DNA of 64,000 nt from Squalus acanthias (lineage: Eukaryota): positions 2,294,001 through 2,358,000 of the forward strand of contig JASTWF010000034.1 in the NCBI GenBank assembly GCA_030390025.1, written 5' to 3'. Shown here piece after piece: positions 24,303 to 38,027 of this stretch; the first letter of the stretch is position 1, and the number at the start of each line of letters is the position of its first letter. Under the pieces are notes generated by a model. It worked only from the letters and a program-made list of their open reading frames with translations. It was not told the DNA's origin and did not search any database. A program made the translations under genes and the position numbers.

Positions 24303-25968
24303 AGCCCTTTTAAAAGTTCTTGTAAGTATTGCTATGTATAGATTATTAAATAGAATACACTGGTTGACATATACAATTATTTCAATATTAAGCGAGAATA
24401 ACTGGGGATTAAGTTAGTTTAAAACACACTCCAGATAGAGACACATCTGCTGCCAAGCAGGGGTGAGTGTAAAGATTGAATTTAATGCCAGCAGGGTGTC
24501 TGGAGGACTGTCATAGAGTTATACAGCACGGATAGAGGCCCTTCGGCCCATCGTGTCCGTGCCGGCCATCAAGCCCTGTCAAATCTAATCCCATATTCCA
24601 GCATTTGGTCCGTAGCCTTGTATGCTATGGCATTTCAAGTGCTCATCCAAATGCTTCTTGAATGTTGTGAGGGTTCCTGCCTCCACAACCCTTTCAGGCA
24701 GTGAGTTCCAGACTCCAACCACCCTCTGGGTGAAAAAGTTCTTTCTCAAATCCCTTCTAAACCTCCCGCCCTTTACCTTGAATCTATGCCCCCTTGTTAT
24801 AGAGCCCTCTACTAAGGGAAAAAGCTGCTTAGTATCCATCCTATCTATGCCCCTCATAATTTTGTACACCTCAATCATGTCCCCCCTCAGCCTCCTCTGC
24901 TCCAGGGAAAACAAACCCAATCTACCCAGTCTCTCTTCATAGCTGAAGCACTCCAGCCCGGGTAACACTCTGGTGAATCTCCACTGCACCCTCTCCAATG
25001 CAATCACATCCTTCCGATAGTGTGTCGACCAGAACTGCACACAGTATTCCAGCTGTGGCCTAACTAGCGTTTTGTACAGCTCCATCATAACCTCCTTGCT
25101 CTTATATTCTATGCCTCGGCTAATGAATGCAATTATCCCATATGCCTTTTTTACCACCTTATCCACCTGTTCCGCCGCCTTCAGGGATCTGTGTACTTGC
25201 ACACCAAGATCCCTCTTACCCTCCGTCTTGCCGAGGGTCTTACCATTCATTGTGTATTTCCTTGCCTTGTTAGTCCCTCCAAAGTGCATCACCTCGCACT
25301 TTTCCGGATTAAATTCCATTTGCCACTGTTCCGCCCATCTGACCAACCCATCTATATCGTCCTGCAGACTGAGGCTACCCTCCTCGCTATTTACCACCCT
25401 ACCAATTTTTGTATCATCCGCAAACTTACTGATCATACCTTTTACATTCATATCCAAGTCGTTAATGTAGACCACAAACAGCAAGGGACCCAGCACCGAT
25501 CCCTGTGGTACCCCACTGGCCACAGGCTTCCAGTCACAAAAACAACCTTCGACCATCACCCTCTGCCTTCTGCCACTGAGCCAGTTTTGTATCCAATGTG
25601 CCAAGGCACCCTGGATTCCATGGGCTCTTACCTTTCTTGACCAGTCTCCTGTGCGGGACTTTATCGAAGGCCTTACTGAAATACATGTATACCACATCCA
25701 ATGCGTTACCCTCATCCACACACCTAGTCACCCCCTCAAAAAATTCAATCAAATTAGTCAGACGTGATCTTCCCTTGACAAAGCCATGTTGGCTAACCCT
25801 GATTAATCCTTGCCTCTCCAAGTGGAGACTGATTTTGTCCCTCAGAATTTTTTCCAATAATTTTCCTACCACTGATGTTAGGCTCACTGGCCTGTAGTTC
25901 CCTGGTTTTTCCCTACTCCCTTTCTTGAATAATGGTACTACATTAGCGGTTCTCCAGTCCTCTGGCAC

Positions 25969-26638
25969 ACTGAGACAACGTATGAACGAGCACCGCGCAA
26001 CAATCGCCAGGCAGGATTGTTACCTCCCAGTCGGGGAACACTTCAGCAGTCAAGGACATTCAGCCTCGGATCTGCGGGTAAGCGTTCTCCAAGGCAACCT
26101 TAGAAACACACGACAACGCAAAATCATCGAGCAGAAACTGATAGCCAAGTTCCGCACTCATGAAGACGGTCTCAATCGGGATCTTGGGTTTATGTCACGA
26201 TACATGACGTGATCCGGACTCGAGTCGTCGTTAGCTTGTTCACAGATGTGATTCCCAGTAAAAAAGTAAAAATTTTCCCAGTAAAAAAGTAAATTTTTTT
26301 TTAAGCTTTTCGTTTTACATACAGACGGCAGCTTTTGACACGTTGGAACCCCTGCGACTACACCTCATTGTCTCAGTTGTATCTTGCTATGTCTTTTGAT
26401 GTGGTACCTTCCTGGCTGACTTAATTAACTTTATCACACCTCGGCAGATAGTCAGGATGATTTAATTTATTGGTCTGCAATTGTAAAGTACACATGCTTT
26501 TTTTTCCATCTATATATGCTCTGGCGATTCTGTATCCAATTTACTTCACCTGAGGAAGGAGTGATAGCTCCGAAAGCTTGTGATTTCAAATAAAACTGTT
26601 GGACTATAACCTGGTGTTGTGCGACCTCTCAATTTTGG
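25969..26638 (+). mobile_element. Penelope-like 3' fragment nested in CR1
   Basis: GIY-YIG C-terminus LRQRMNEHR..PVGEHFS..EQKLIAKFRTHEDGLNRD; hammerhead at 26546-26583. Confidence 0.85.
26546..26583 (+). ncRNA. Minimal hammerhead ribozyme motif
   Basis: TCAC-CTGAGGA-A-GGAGT GATA GCTCC-GAA-AGCT-T-GTGA: conserved core, stem I TCAC/GTGA, palindromic stem III. Confidence 0.7.
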
Positions 26639-28420
26639 ACATCCCCTGTGGCCAGAGAGGTTCTGAATATATGTGTTACAGCCCCCGCAATCTCCTCCTT
26701 TGCCTCACACAGCAGCCTGGGATACATTTCGTCCGGACCTGGGGATTTATCCATTTTTAGACCTGCTAAAACCGCCAATACCTCCTCCCGCTCGATGTTA
26801 AAATGTTCGAGTATATCACAGTCCCCCTGCCCTAATTTTATGTCTGCATCGTCCTTCTCCATAGTGAAAACAGATGCAAAAAATTCATTTAGAACCCCAC
26901 CTACATCTTCCGGCTCCACACACAGATTGCCACTTTTGTCCCTAATGGGCCCTATTTTTTCCCTAGTTATCCTCTTACCCTTAATATACTTAGAAAACAT
27001 CTTAGGATTTTCCTTTATTTTGCTCGCCAGTGTTATTTCATGGCCTCTCTTTGATCTCCTAATTTCTTTTTTAAGTATTCCCCTGCACTCTTTGTACTCC
27101 TCTTGTGCTTCCTCCGTCATTAGCATTTTGTATCTGCCAAAAGCCCTCCTTTTTTTCCTGATCCATTCTCGTATATCCCCTGACATCCAAGGTTCCCTGG
27201 GGTTTTTGGAACCACCCTTGACCTTTACGGGAACATGCTGCCATTGTATGATCTCAATCTCGCTTCTGAAAGAATTACATTGCTCCGATGCGGATTTTCC
27301 TACAAGCAGCTGATCCCAGTCCCTTTTGGCCAGATCCTGCCTTATCCTATTAAAATCGGCCTTCCCCCAATTTAGAACCTTCATTTCCGGCCCACCCCTG
27401 TCCTTTTCCATGACCACCTTAAATCTCACCGTATTATGGTCACTGTCACCAAAGTGCTCACCTACTAGCACTTCTTCCACTTGGCCGGCCACATTCCCTA
27501 GAATTAGGTCCAGTACCGCCCCCTCTCTTGCAGGACTTTCTACATGCTGGCTCAAAAAGCTCTCCTGGATGCACTTTAAGAATTTTGAACCCTCTAAGCC
27601 TTTCACACTCTGACTATCCCAGTTAATATTGGGGAAGTTGAAATCCCCCATTATTATTACCCTATTATTTGCACATTTCTCTGAGATTTGCCTACATATC
27701 TGTTCCTCTATCTCCCCCTGACTGTTTGGGGGCCTATAGTACGCTCCCAGCAAAGTGCTTGCCCCCTTTTTGTTTTTAAGCTCCACCCATATAGCCTCAT
27801 TGGAGGAACCTGCTAATATATCATCCCTCCTTGTGGCAGTAATTGATTCCTTAATTAATATTGCGACACCCCCTCCTCTTATACCTCCCCCTCTGTCTCG
27901 CCTGAAGATTCTGTACTCCGGAATATTGAGCTGCCAGTCTTGCCCCTCCCTCAACCATGTCTCCGTGATAGCAACAATAGCATACTCCCATGTGTTTATC
28001 AACACCTTCAGTTCATCAACCTTATTCGCTAGACTCCTTGCATTAAAATAGATGCCTTCCAGCCTTGCTCTTACATGTTTGCCCTGTCTTCCAAGCTGAC
28101 TTGTTTTTTTCTCTATATTTGACTGTACATCACCCCCTATTGCAGCTCCACTCTGTATCCCATCCCCCTGCCAAGTTAGTTTAAACCCCCCCCCCCCCCA
28201 ACAGTGCTAGCAAACCTCCCCGCAAGGATATTTGTCCCGCTCTGGTTCAGGTGCAAACCGTCCGACTGCTGGGGAGTGTGGACAGAGAATCCGTCCCTTT
28301 TGTAAAGGACATTGGAAGCTGTGAGGGTTTGAAGGTTACAGAAGCAGGTCATGAACACTCCTGTGTTGGAGGGTAAAGAACAAACTGATAGAGATTAATG
28401 GGCAAGCACAACGAATGATA

Positions 28421-28650
28421 ACAGCTCACCTCCCCACTAAACCAGCAGCTCACCTACCTACTAAACCAGCAGCTCCCTGGCCCACGAAACTAGCAGCTCA
28501 CTGGCCCATGAAGCCAGCAGCTTACCTCCCCACTAAACCAGCAGCTCGCCTCCCCAGTGAATCACAGCTTTACTATGAGGGCTGTGGGCTATTTCTGTGT
28601 GTTACAGTGAGGGGTATATCAGTGTTACAGTGAGGGGTGTGGGGTATATT
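28421..28650. repeat. Short, diverged versions of the 24-bp (about 5-6 units) and 30-bp (about 2-3 units) arrays
   Basis: CAGCTCACCTCCCCACTAAACCAG units then GTGTTACAGTGAGGGGTGTGGGGTATAT. Confidence 0.9.
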
Positions 28651-28787
28651 TGCAGTGCTACGGGGAAAGGGTGGGGGAGAAGGGACAAGCTGAAGTGCTC
28701 TTGCAGAGAGCCGGCACGGGCTCGATGGACCGTATGGCCTTATTCTGTGCTGTAACCATTCTATGATTATATAGAGCCAGAGATGTA

Positions 28788-29880
28788 CAACAACAATAAC
28801 TTGTATTTAAATAGCGCCTTTAACGTAGTAAAACGTCCCAAGGCGCTTCACAGGAGTATTTTAAGACAAACAATTTTAACATTGAGCCATAGAAGGTTAA
28901 ATTAGGACAGGTGACTAAAAGCTTGGTCAAAGTGGGAGGTTTTAATGAGCGTCTTTGAGGAGGAAAGGGAGGTAGCGAGGCGGAGAGGTTTCGGGAGGCA
29001 ATTCCAGAGCTTGTGGCCTAGGCAACAGAAGGCACGGCCACCAAATGTTGAGCGATTATAATCAGGGATGCTCAAGAGGGCAGAATTAGAGGAGCGCAGA
29101 TATCTCGGGGGGTGGGGGGGCAGAGTTGTGGGCTGAAGGAGATTAGAGATAGGAAGGGGCGAGGCCATGGAGGGATTTGAAAACGCGGATGATAATTTTG
29201 AAATCGGGGCGCTGCTTACCCGGGAGCCAGTGCAGGTCAGCGAGCACAGGGGAGATGGGTGAACGGGACTTGGTACGAGTTAGGACGCGGGCAGCCGAGT
29301 TTTGGATGATCTCAAGTTTACATCGGGTGGAATGTGGGAGGCCAGCCAGGAGTGCGTTGGAATAGTCAAGTCTCGAAGTAACAAAGGCATGGATGAGGGT
29401 TTCAGCAGCGGATGAGATGAGGCAAGGGCGGACACGGGCGATGTTATGGAGGTGGAAGTAGACGGCCTTTGTTATGCTGCGGATATGTGGTCGGAGGCTC
29501 ACTTCAGGGTCAAATATGACACCAATGTTGCGAACAGTGTGGTTCAGCCTCAGACAGATGTTAGGGAGAGGGATTGAGTCTGTGGCTAGGGAACGGTGTT
29601 GGTGGCAGGGACCGAAAACAATGGCTTCGGTCTTCCCAATATTTACTTGGAGAAACTTTTGCTCATGTCGGTCAAGCAGTCTGACAATTTAGACACCGTG
29701 GAGGGGTCGAGAGAAGAGGTAGTGAGGTAGAGCTGGGTGTCGTCAGCGTACATGTGGAAACTGACTGTGTTTCTGGATGATGTCACCAAGGGGCAACATG
29801 TAGATGAGAAATAGGAGGGGGGCAAGGAGAGATCCTTGGGGGACACCAGAGGTAACGATGTGGGAGCGGGAAGAGAGGCT
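28788..29880 (-). mobile_element. L2 LINE 3' fragment (mirror of 5860-6938)
   Basis: FHMYADDTQLY, AETLIHAFVTSRLDYSN. Confidence 0.92.
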
Positions 29881-29935
29881 AACTGATATTCTGATCCTTT
29901 CCGCACAGTATGATCCCAGCCCCAGACGTATCCCT

Positions 29936-29936
<1 letters not shown>

Positions 29937-29999
<63 letters not shown>
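29937..29999. repeat. (GA)n microsatellite, about 31 units
   Basis: Direct; the mirror near 5785-5800 is much shorter. Confidence 0.97.
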
Positions 30000-30000
<1 letters not shown>

Positions 30001-30159
30001 CAGAGACAGTGAGGGAGCAGATACGTAGAGAAGGAAAGAAATACTGGGTTGGAGTTTGACGTTTAGTAGGTGCTATCGTAAAAACTGGGTAATGGTGAAT
30101 CAGCCACCCATTTTACACCGATGGAAATAAAACTCGGGAGAGATGTAGGGCAGGATCCC

Positions 30160-30424
30160 GGTTCATTCCCGGAGACGGGGCTGATTGTACACCCTGTGTT
30201 CATGCCCAGTGAGACTGCACACCAGGAGCAGAGCCTGGTCAATGTGACCCTGTGACACCTCGAGTGGGAGGGGCTCCGGCCGCTTTGTGACATCGCTCCT
30301 GGCTGCTGTGTGATTGGCTCCTGGCTGCTGTGTGATGTCACCTGGGACAGGCCCCTGCCCCTGGTTGCGGCCCATCAGTGGGATGTCAGTGTGGGAGGAG
30401 CTGGAGTGACAGCTGACACTGGGG
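30160..30424 (+). promoter_or_regulatory. Putative promoter and exon 1 with perfect ERE (right copy)
   Basis: GGTCAatgTGACC at 30237-30249; ATTGG near 30313; donor GGGG|GTGAGT at 30425. Confidence 0.45.
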
Positions 30425-30597
30425 GTGAGTTTAGTCCCAATAAACAGGGCAATGGACAGAAAAGAACTATTCAATATTAAAGTAATAATTCAAACACACT
30501 GATTAATTGCAAAAATAATCAAATTGAATATATTTATGGTCACAAAAATGCTCCCCCTGTATTCTGCAATTAATATGAATCATTTTTCTATTGACAG

Positions 30598-30815
30598 TCT
30601 CTGGGAGTGAGCAATATCTCAGGAAGGTGGAGAGAGAGAAGTCGAATCATCGCCTCACTGACTGGGACTGGAGAATTGTCGCTGGTTTCACAGAGCAGAT
30701 CTGGTGGGATAACGAACCCCCAGTGTCGGAGACGGGATAAAACGGGAAGCTTCAACAATGATTGGAAAGGTGAGGAACTTTACTGAGAATTCCTTCAGTC
30801 CAGGGCTTTGTTGAG
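30598..30815 (+). other. Putative exon 2 of unidentified gene (right copy)
   Basis: Acceptor TTTTTCTATTGACAG ends 30597; ATG 30758; donor GT at 30770 or 30816. Confidence 0.5.
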
Positions 30816-31392
30816 GTGAGAGTCTAACCAGATACTGGGAGCTATTCAACATCTGCCATCAGGCTCGGCCTTTGATGTGGCAAGTTGAGCGGAGCTTAAC
30901 TCGGAGATAAACCTTGCCCGTACCTCACCCGGGAGTGTTTGACACTTGCATGTAGTGAGATCTTTATTCTGTATTCATCCCATGCTGTACCCGAGCTGGT
31001 TGTGCTTCATTGGGTAGTGTCAAGGGAGCTGTAAGCTGCAGATGCTGTATTAGAGGGAGCTTTGCATGTCACCCGCGCTGTACCTGCTCTGCGAGTGTTT
31101 GAGTGGACAGTGCAGAGGAAGGTTTAGTCTGTATCTCTCTATCTAACCCGTGCTGTTCGTGCCCTTGGACTGTTTGATTCGACAGTGTAAAGGGAGCTTT
31201 ACTCTGTATCTCTCCATCTAACCAGTGCTGTACCTGCCCATGGACTATTTGATTGGGCAGTGTAAAGGGAGCTTTACTCTGTGTATAACTCATGCTACAT
31301 GCAGGGAGATTGTGGCAAATGGAATTCAATCCGGAGAAGTGTGAGGTAATGCATTTGGGGAGGGCTAACAAGTCAACGGATCCTACACTGAG

Positions 31393-32455
31393 GAACATAG
31401 GAAGAGGAGTCGGCCATTGAGCCCCTCGAGCCTGTTGCCTCATTCAATGCGATCATTGACTGATCTGCGATCTAACTCAATAAACCCACCTTTGGCCCAT
31501 ATCCCTTCATACCTTTGGTTAACAAAAAGCAATAAATCTCCGATTTAAAATTAACAATTTATCTAGCATCCACTTCCGTTTGTGGAAGAGAGTTCCAAAT
31601 TTCTCCCACTTTGTGTGTCGAAGTGTTTCCAAATTTCAGTCCTGAAAGGACTGCCTCTAATTCTTAGACGTTGCCTCCAGTCCCAGTATTCCCAGCAATG
31701 GAAATAGTTTCTCGCTATCTACTCTATCTGTTCCCCTTAATATCCTGAAAACTTCGCTCAGATCACCCCTTAACCTTCTAAATTCTAGAAAACAGTACCC
31801 TAATTTGTGTAATCTCTCCTCGTAACTTAACTCTTGAAGTCTGGGTATCATTCTGGTAAACCTGCGCTGCACTCCCTCCAAGGCCAATATATCCTTCCTA
31901 AGGTGTGGTGCCCAGAACTGCTCACAGTACTCCAGGTGTGGTCTAACCAGGGTTTTGTACAGCTGCAGAATAACTTCTACCCCCTTGTAATCTAGTCCTT
32001 TAGATATAAAGACCAGCTTTCCATTAGCCTTTTTGATTATTTTCTGTACCTGTCCATGACATTTTAATGATCTGTGTACCTGGACCCCCCAAGTCTCTTT
32101 GGACATCCACAGTTTTTAGCTTTTAACATTTAGAAAGTCACCTGTTCTATCCTTTTAGGGTCCAAAGTGATTGCCCTCACATTTGCTTATATGGAAATCC
32201 ATTTGCCATAGTTTTGCCCATTCACTTAATCTGTCAATATCCCTTTGTAATTTTATGGTTTCACCTACACTGCCTACAATGCTGCCTATCTTTGTGTCAT
32301 CGGCACATTTGGGTATATGACTTTCTATGACATCACCTAAATCATTGATAAATATTGTGAATAGCTGAGGCCCCAAAACACAGCCCTGCCGGACACCAGG
32401 AGTCACATCCTGCCAATTTGAGTACCTACCCAATATCCCTACGCTGTATCCTGAC
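31393..32455 (-). mobile_element. CR1 3' fragment (mirror of 3216-4277)
   Basis: ORFs 32155-32433 and 31657-32106. Confidence 0.92.
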
Positions 32456-32784
32456 GCTTTATAAAGGGCTATAAAGGATTATGCTGGGTTATAAATTATT
32501 ATAAATGAATATGAAGTATTATAATATATAAAGGTTGACAATAGAATATAAAGTGTTATGATGAATTGTTAAGGAATATAAAGGGTTGAAATGATCGACA
32601 AAGGCTTATAAAGTGTTATAATGATTGACAAACGATTATAAAGGAATTTAATGGGGTACAAAGTGATGCAAAATATGATAAAGGGACATGACCCTTTATA
32701 AATCATTATAATCCTTAATAACCCGTTATACACCTTTTGTAAATGATTATTAAGGAATCTAATGTTATGAAGCGTTATAAGGCT

Positions 32785-35700
32785 CCCACTACACTGTCCC
32801 ATCAAACAGTCCCAGTGCAGGTACAGCATTTGTTAGATTCTTAGTATGGATCCCTCTGCACTGTCCCATCAAACACTAGCAGGTTAGGTACAGCATGGGT
32901 TAGACATAGAGTAAAGCGCACAATACACTGGCCGTCAAGCACTCCCAGTGCACGTACAGCAAGGTTTAGATACAGAATAAAGAGCTCTCTACACAATCCC
33001 ATCAAACACTCCCAGGGCAGGAACAGCAAGGTTTAAATACAGAGTAAAGCTTCCTCTACACTGTTGCAACAAGGATTCCCAGGCAGCTACAGCACTAGTT
33101 AGATACAGAGTAAAGCTCCCTCTACACTGTCCCAACACACACTCCCAGGGCAGGTACAGCACGGGTTAGATACAGAGTAAAGCTCCCTCTACACTGTCCC
33201 ATCAAACAATCCCAGTGCAGGTACAGCATTTGTTAGATTCTTAGTAAAGATCCCTCTGCACTGTCCCATCAAACACTCGCAGGTTAGGTACAGCATGGGT
33301 TAGATATACAGTCAAGCGCACAATACACTGCCTGTTTTTGCACTCCCAGGGCAGGTACAGCAAGGTTTAGATACAGAGTAAAGAGCCCTCTACACAATCC
33401 CATCAAACACTCCCAGGGCAGGTACAGCAAGGTTTAGATACAGAGTAAAGCTTCCTCTACACTGTCCCAACACACACTCCCACGGCAGGTTGAGTACGGG
33501 TTAGATACAGAGTAATGCTCCCTCCACATTATGCCATCAAACAATCCCAGGTAATGTACAGCACGGGTTACATACAGAGTAAAGCTCTCTCTACACTGTC
33601 CCAACAAGCATTCCCAGGCAGCTACAGCACGAGTTAGATGCAGAGTAAAGCTCCCTCTACGCTGTCCTATCAAAAACTGCCAGGGCAGGTACAGCACGGG
33701 TTAGATACAGAGTAAAGCTCCCTCTACACTGTCCCATCAAACACTCACATATCAGGTACAGTACAAGTAAGATCCAGAGTAAATCTGCCTCTACACTTTC
33801 CCATGAATCACTCCCAGGGCAGATACAGCACGGGTTAGATACCGAGTAAAGCTCCCTCTACACTGTCGTTTCAATACCTGCCAGGGCAGGTATATCACAG
33901 TTTAGCTGCAGAGTAAAGATAATTCTAAAAGGACCCAGTCAGGGGGAGATGGAGGAACAGATATGCAGGCAAATCTCAGAGAAATGTGCAAATAATAGGG
34001 TAATAATAATGGGGGATTTCAACTTCCCCAATATTAACTGGGATAGTCAGAGTGTGAAAGGCTTAGAGGGTTCAAAATTCTGAAACTGCATCCAGGAGAG
34101 CTTTTTGAGCCAGCATGTAGAAAGTCCTACAAGAGAGGGGGCGGTACTGGACCTAATTCTAGGGAATGTGGCCGGCCAAGTGGAAGAAGTGCTAGTAGGT
34201 GAGCACTTTGGTGACAGTGACCATAATACGGTGAGATTTAAGGTGGTCATGGAAAAGAACAGGGATGGGCCGGAAATAAAGGTTCTAAATTGGGGGAAGG
34301 CCGATTTTAATAGGATAAGGCAGGATCTGGCCAAAATGGACTGGGATCAGCTGCTTGTAGGAAAATCTGCATCGGAGCAATGGGATTCTTTCAGAAGGGA
34401 GATTGAGATCATACAATGGCAGCATGTTCCCGTAAAGGTCAAGGGTGGTTCCAAAAAACGCAGGGAACCTTGGATGTCGGGGGATATACGAGAATGGATC
34501 AGGAAAAAAAGGAGGGCTTTTGGCAGATACAAAATGCTAAAGACGGAGGAAGCACAAGAGGAGTACAAAATGTGCAGGGGGATACTTAAAAAAGAAATTA
34601 GGAGATCAAGGAGGGGCCATGAAATAACACTGGCGAGCAAAATAAAGGAAAATCCTAAGATGTTTTATAAGTATATTAAGGGTAAGAGTATAACTAGGGA
34701 AAAAATAGGGCCCATTAGGGACAAAAGTGGCAATCTGTGTGTGGAGCCGGAAGATGAAGGTGGGGTTCTAAATGAATTTTTTGCATCTGTTTTCACTATG
34801 GAGAAGGACGATGCAGACATAAAATTAGGGCAGGGGGACTGTGATATACTCGAACATTTTAACATCGAGAGGGAGGAGGTATTGGCGGTTTTAGCAGGTC
34901 TAAAAATGGATAAATCCCCAGGTCTGGACGAAATGTATCCCAGGCTGCTGTGTGAGGCAAAGGAGCCGATTGCGGGGGCTCTAACACAATTATTCAGAAC
35001 CTCTCTGGCCACAGGGGAGGTGCCAGAGGACTGGAGAACCGCTAATGTAGTACCATTATTCAAGAAAGGGAGTATGGAAAAACCGGGTAACTACAGGCCA
35101 GTGAGCCTAACATCAGTGGTAGGAAAATTATTGGAAAAATTTCTGAGGGACAAAATTAGTCTCCACTTGGAGAGGCAAGGATTAATCAGGATTAGCCAAC
35201 ATGGCTTTGTCAAGGGAAGATCATGTCTGACTAATTTGATTGAATTTTTGAGGGGGTGACTAGGTGTGTGGATGAGGTTAACGCAGTGGATGTGGTATAC
35301 ATGGATTTCAGTAAGGCCTTCGATAAAGTCCCGCACAGGAGACTGGTCAAGAAGGTAAGATCCCATGGAATCCAGGGTGCCTTGGCACATTGGATACAAA
35401 ACTGGCTCAGTGGCAGAAGGCAGAGGGTGATGGTCGAAGGTTGTTTTTGTGACTGGAAGCCTGTAGCCAGTGGGGTACCACAGGGATCGGTGCTGGGTCC
35501 CTTGCTGTTTGTGTTCTACTTTAACGACTTGGATATGAATGTAAAAGGTATGATCAGTAAGTTCGCGGATGATGCAAAAATTGGTAGGGTGGTAAATAGC
35601 GAGGAGAGGGTAGCCTCAGTCTGCAGGACGATATAGATGGGTTGGTCAGATGGGTGGAACAGTGGCAAATGGAATTTAATCCGGAAAAGTGCGAGGTGAT

Positions 35701-38027
35701 GCACTTTGGGGGGACTAACAAGGCAAGGGAATACACAATGAATGGTAAGACCCGAGGCAAGACGGAGGGTCAGAGGGATCTTGGTGTACAAGTACACAGA
35801 TCCCTGAAGGCGGCGGAACAGATGCATAAGGTGGTAAAAAAGGGATATGGGATACTTGCATTCATTAGCCGAGGCATAGAATATAAGAGCAAGGAGGTTA
35901 TGATGGAGCTGTATAAAACACTGGTTTGGCCACATCTGGAATACTGTGTGCAGTTCTGGTCGCCACACTACAGGAAGGATGTTATCGCTTTGGAGAGGGT
36001 GCAGAGGAGTTTCACCAGAATGTTACCCGGGCTGGAGTGCTTCAGCTATGAAGAGAGACTGGGCAGATTGGGTTTGTTTTCCTTGGAGCAGAGGAGGCTG
36101 AAGGGGGACATGATTGAGGTGTACAAAATTATGAGGGGCATAAAAGGGATGAATACTAAGGAGCTTTTTCCTTTAGCAGAGGGGTCTATAACAACGGGGC
36201 ATAGATTCAAGGTAAAGCGCTGGAGGTTTAGAAGGGATTTGAGAAAGAACTTTTTCACCCAGAGTGTGGTTGGAGTCTGGAACTCACTGCCTGAAAGGGT
36301 TATGGAGGCAGGAACCCTCACAACATTCAAGAAGCATTTGGATGAGCACTTGAAATGCCATAGCATACAAGGCTACGGACCAAATGCTGGAATATGGGAT
36401 TAGATTAGACAGGGCTTGATGGCCGGCGCGGACACGATGGGCCGAAGGGCCTCTATCCGTGCTGTATAACTCTATGACTCTATGACCCATCAATACTTCC
36501 AGGGCAGCTACAGCACAGGGTAAGAAACAGAGTAATGCTTCCTCTACTCGGTCCCATCTAACTGTCCCAAGCAAGTACAGCCCGGTTTAAATACCGAATA
36601 AAGCTCCCTCTATACTATCCCATCAAACACTCACAAGTCAGGTACAGCACAAGTAAGATACAGAGTAAGCTTGCCTCTACACTGTTGCATCAAACACTCT
36701 CAGGCCAGTTACAGCACGGGTTAAAGACAGAGTAAAGATCCTTCTACAGAATCCCATCAAACATGCCCATTGCAGGTACAGCAATGGTTAGATATAGAGT
36801 AAAGCTCCCACTGCACTGTCCCATCAAACACTCGCAGGGCAGTTAGTGCATGGGTTAGGTGCAGAGTAAAGCTCCTTGTATACTATCACATCAAACACTC
36901 CAGGCCAGGTACTGCACGGGTAAGATGCAGAGTAAAGCTGCATCTACACTGTTGCATCAAACAATCCCAGGTCAGGTACAGTACGGATTAGATACAGAGT
37001 AAAACTCCCTCTACACTGCCCCATCAAACACTCACAGGGCAGGTACAGTACGGGTTAGATACTGAGTAAATCTCCCTGTATACTGTCACATCAAACACTC
37101 CCAGGTCTGGAATAGCACGGGTTAGATACAGAGTAAAGACCCCTCTATCCTGTTCCAACCAACAATCCCAGGCCAGGTACTGCACGGGTTAGATACAAGA
37201 ATAGCTCACTATACATTGTGCCATCAAACACACCAAGTGCAGATACAACAATGGTTAGATATAGAGTAGAGCTCCCTCTACACTGTCCCATCAAACACTC
37301 GCAGGGCAGTTAGTGCATGGGTTAAATACAGAGTAAAGCTCCCTCTACACTGTCCCATCAAACACTCCCAGGACAGGTGCAGCGCAGATTAGATGCAGAG
37401 TAAAGCTCCCTCTACACTGCCCCATCAAACACTCCCAGGGCAGGTACAACACGGGTTAGATACAGAGTAAAGCTGCCTTTACAAAGACTCATCAAATACT
37501 CCCAGGGCAGTTTCAGAACAGTTTAGATGTAGAGTAAAGCTTGCTGGACACTGACATCAATTATTTCCACGGCAGGTACAGCCCGGGTTGGATACAGAGT
37601 AAAGCTCCCTTTACATTGTGCCATAAAACAGATCCATGGCATGGACAGCACTGTTTTGAAAGAGTAAAGCTCCCTCATCACTGTCGCATTAAATACTCGC
37701 AGGGCAGGTATTGCACGAGTTAGGTACAGAGTAAAGCTCCCTCTACAAAGACCTATCGAACACTCCCAGGGCAGGTAGAGCACAGGGATTGATGCAAAGT
37801 AAAGCTCCCTCTACACTGTCCCTTCAAATATGCCCAGGAAGATACAGCCCGGGTTAGATACAAAGTAAAGCTCCCTCTACAAAGACTCATCAAACACTCC
37901 CAGGGCAGGTACAGCACGGGTTAGGTACAGAGTAAAGCTCCCTCTACAAATACCCATCAAACACTCCCAGGGCAGATACAGCACGATTTAGATACAGAGT
38001 AAAGCTCCCTCTAACCTGGTCCATCAA
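32785..38027 (-). repeat. 67-bp satellite interrupted by a CR1 insertion
   Basis: Reverse-complement units at 32785-33920 and 36486-38027. Confidence 0.93.
33937..36485 (+). mobile_element. 5'-truncated CR1 LINE, same subfamily as 24511-28263, right arm only
   Basis: ORFs 34105-35259, 35256-35636, 35642-36403 nearly identical in translation to 26629-28005 and 24585-25721; (CTCTATGA)n tail. Confidence 0.95.

Larger units (their letters stand above)
24511..28263 (-). mobile_element. CR1 LINE (APE and RT, near-complete ORF2), right arm only
   Basis: ORFs 26629-28005 (AITETWL, YRPPN, MGDFN, SDHN), 25534-25968 and 24585-25721 (GVPQGSVLGP, FADDTK); GACTG at both junctions. Confidence 0.95.

Noticed and set aside
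30598..30815. Assigning the orphan exon to a TRIM/RING gene from a faint N-terminal resemblance
   Set aside because: No CxxC RING motif and a stop follows; similarity too weak
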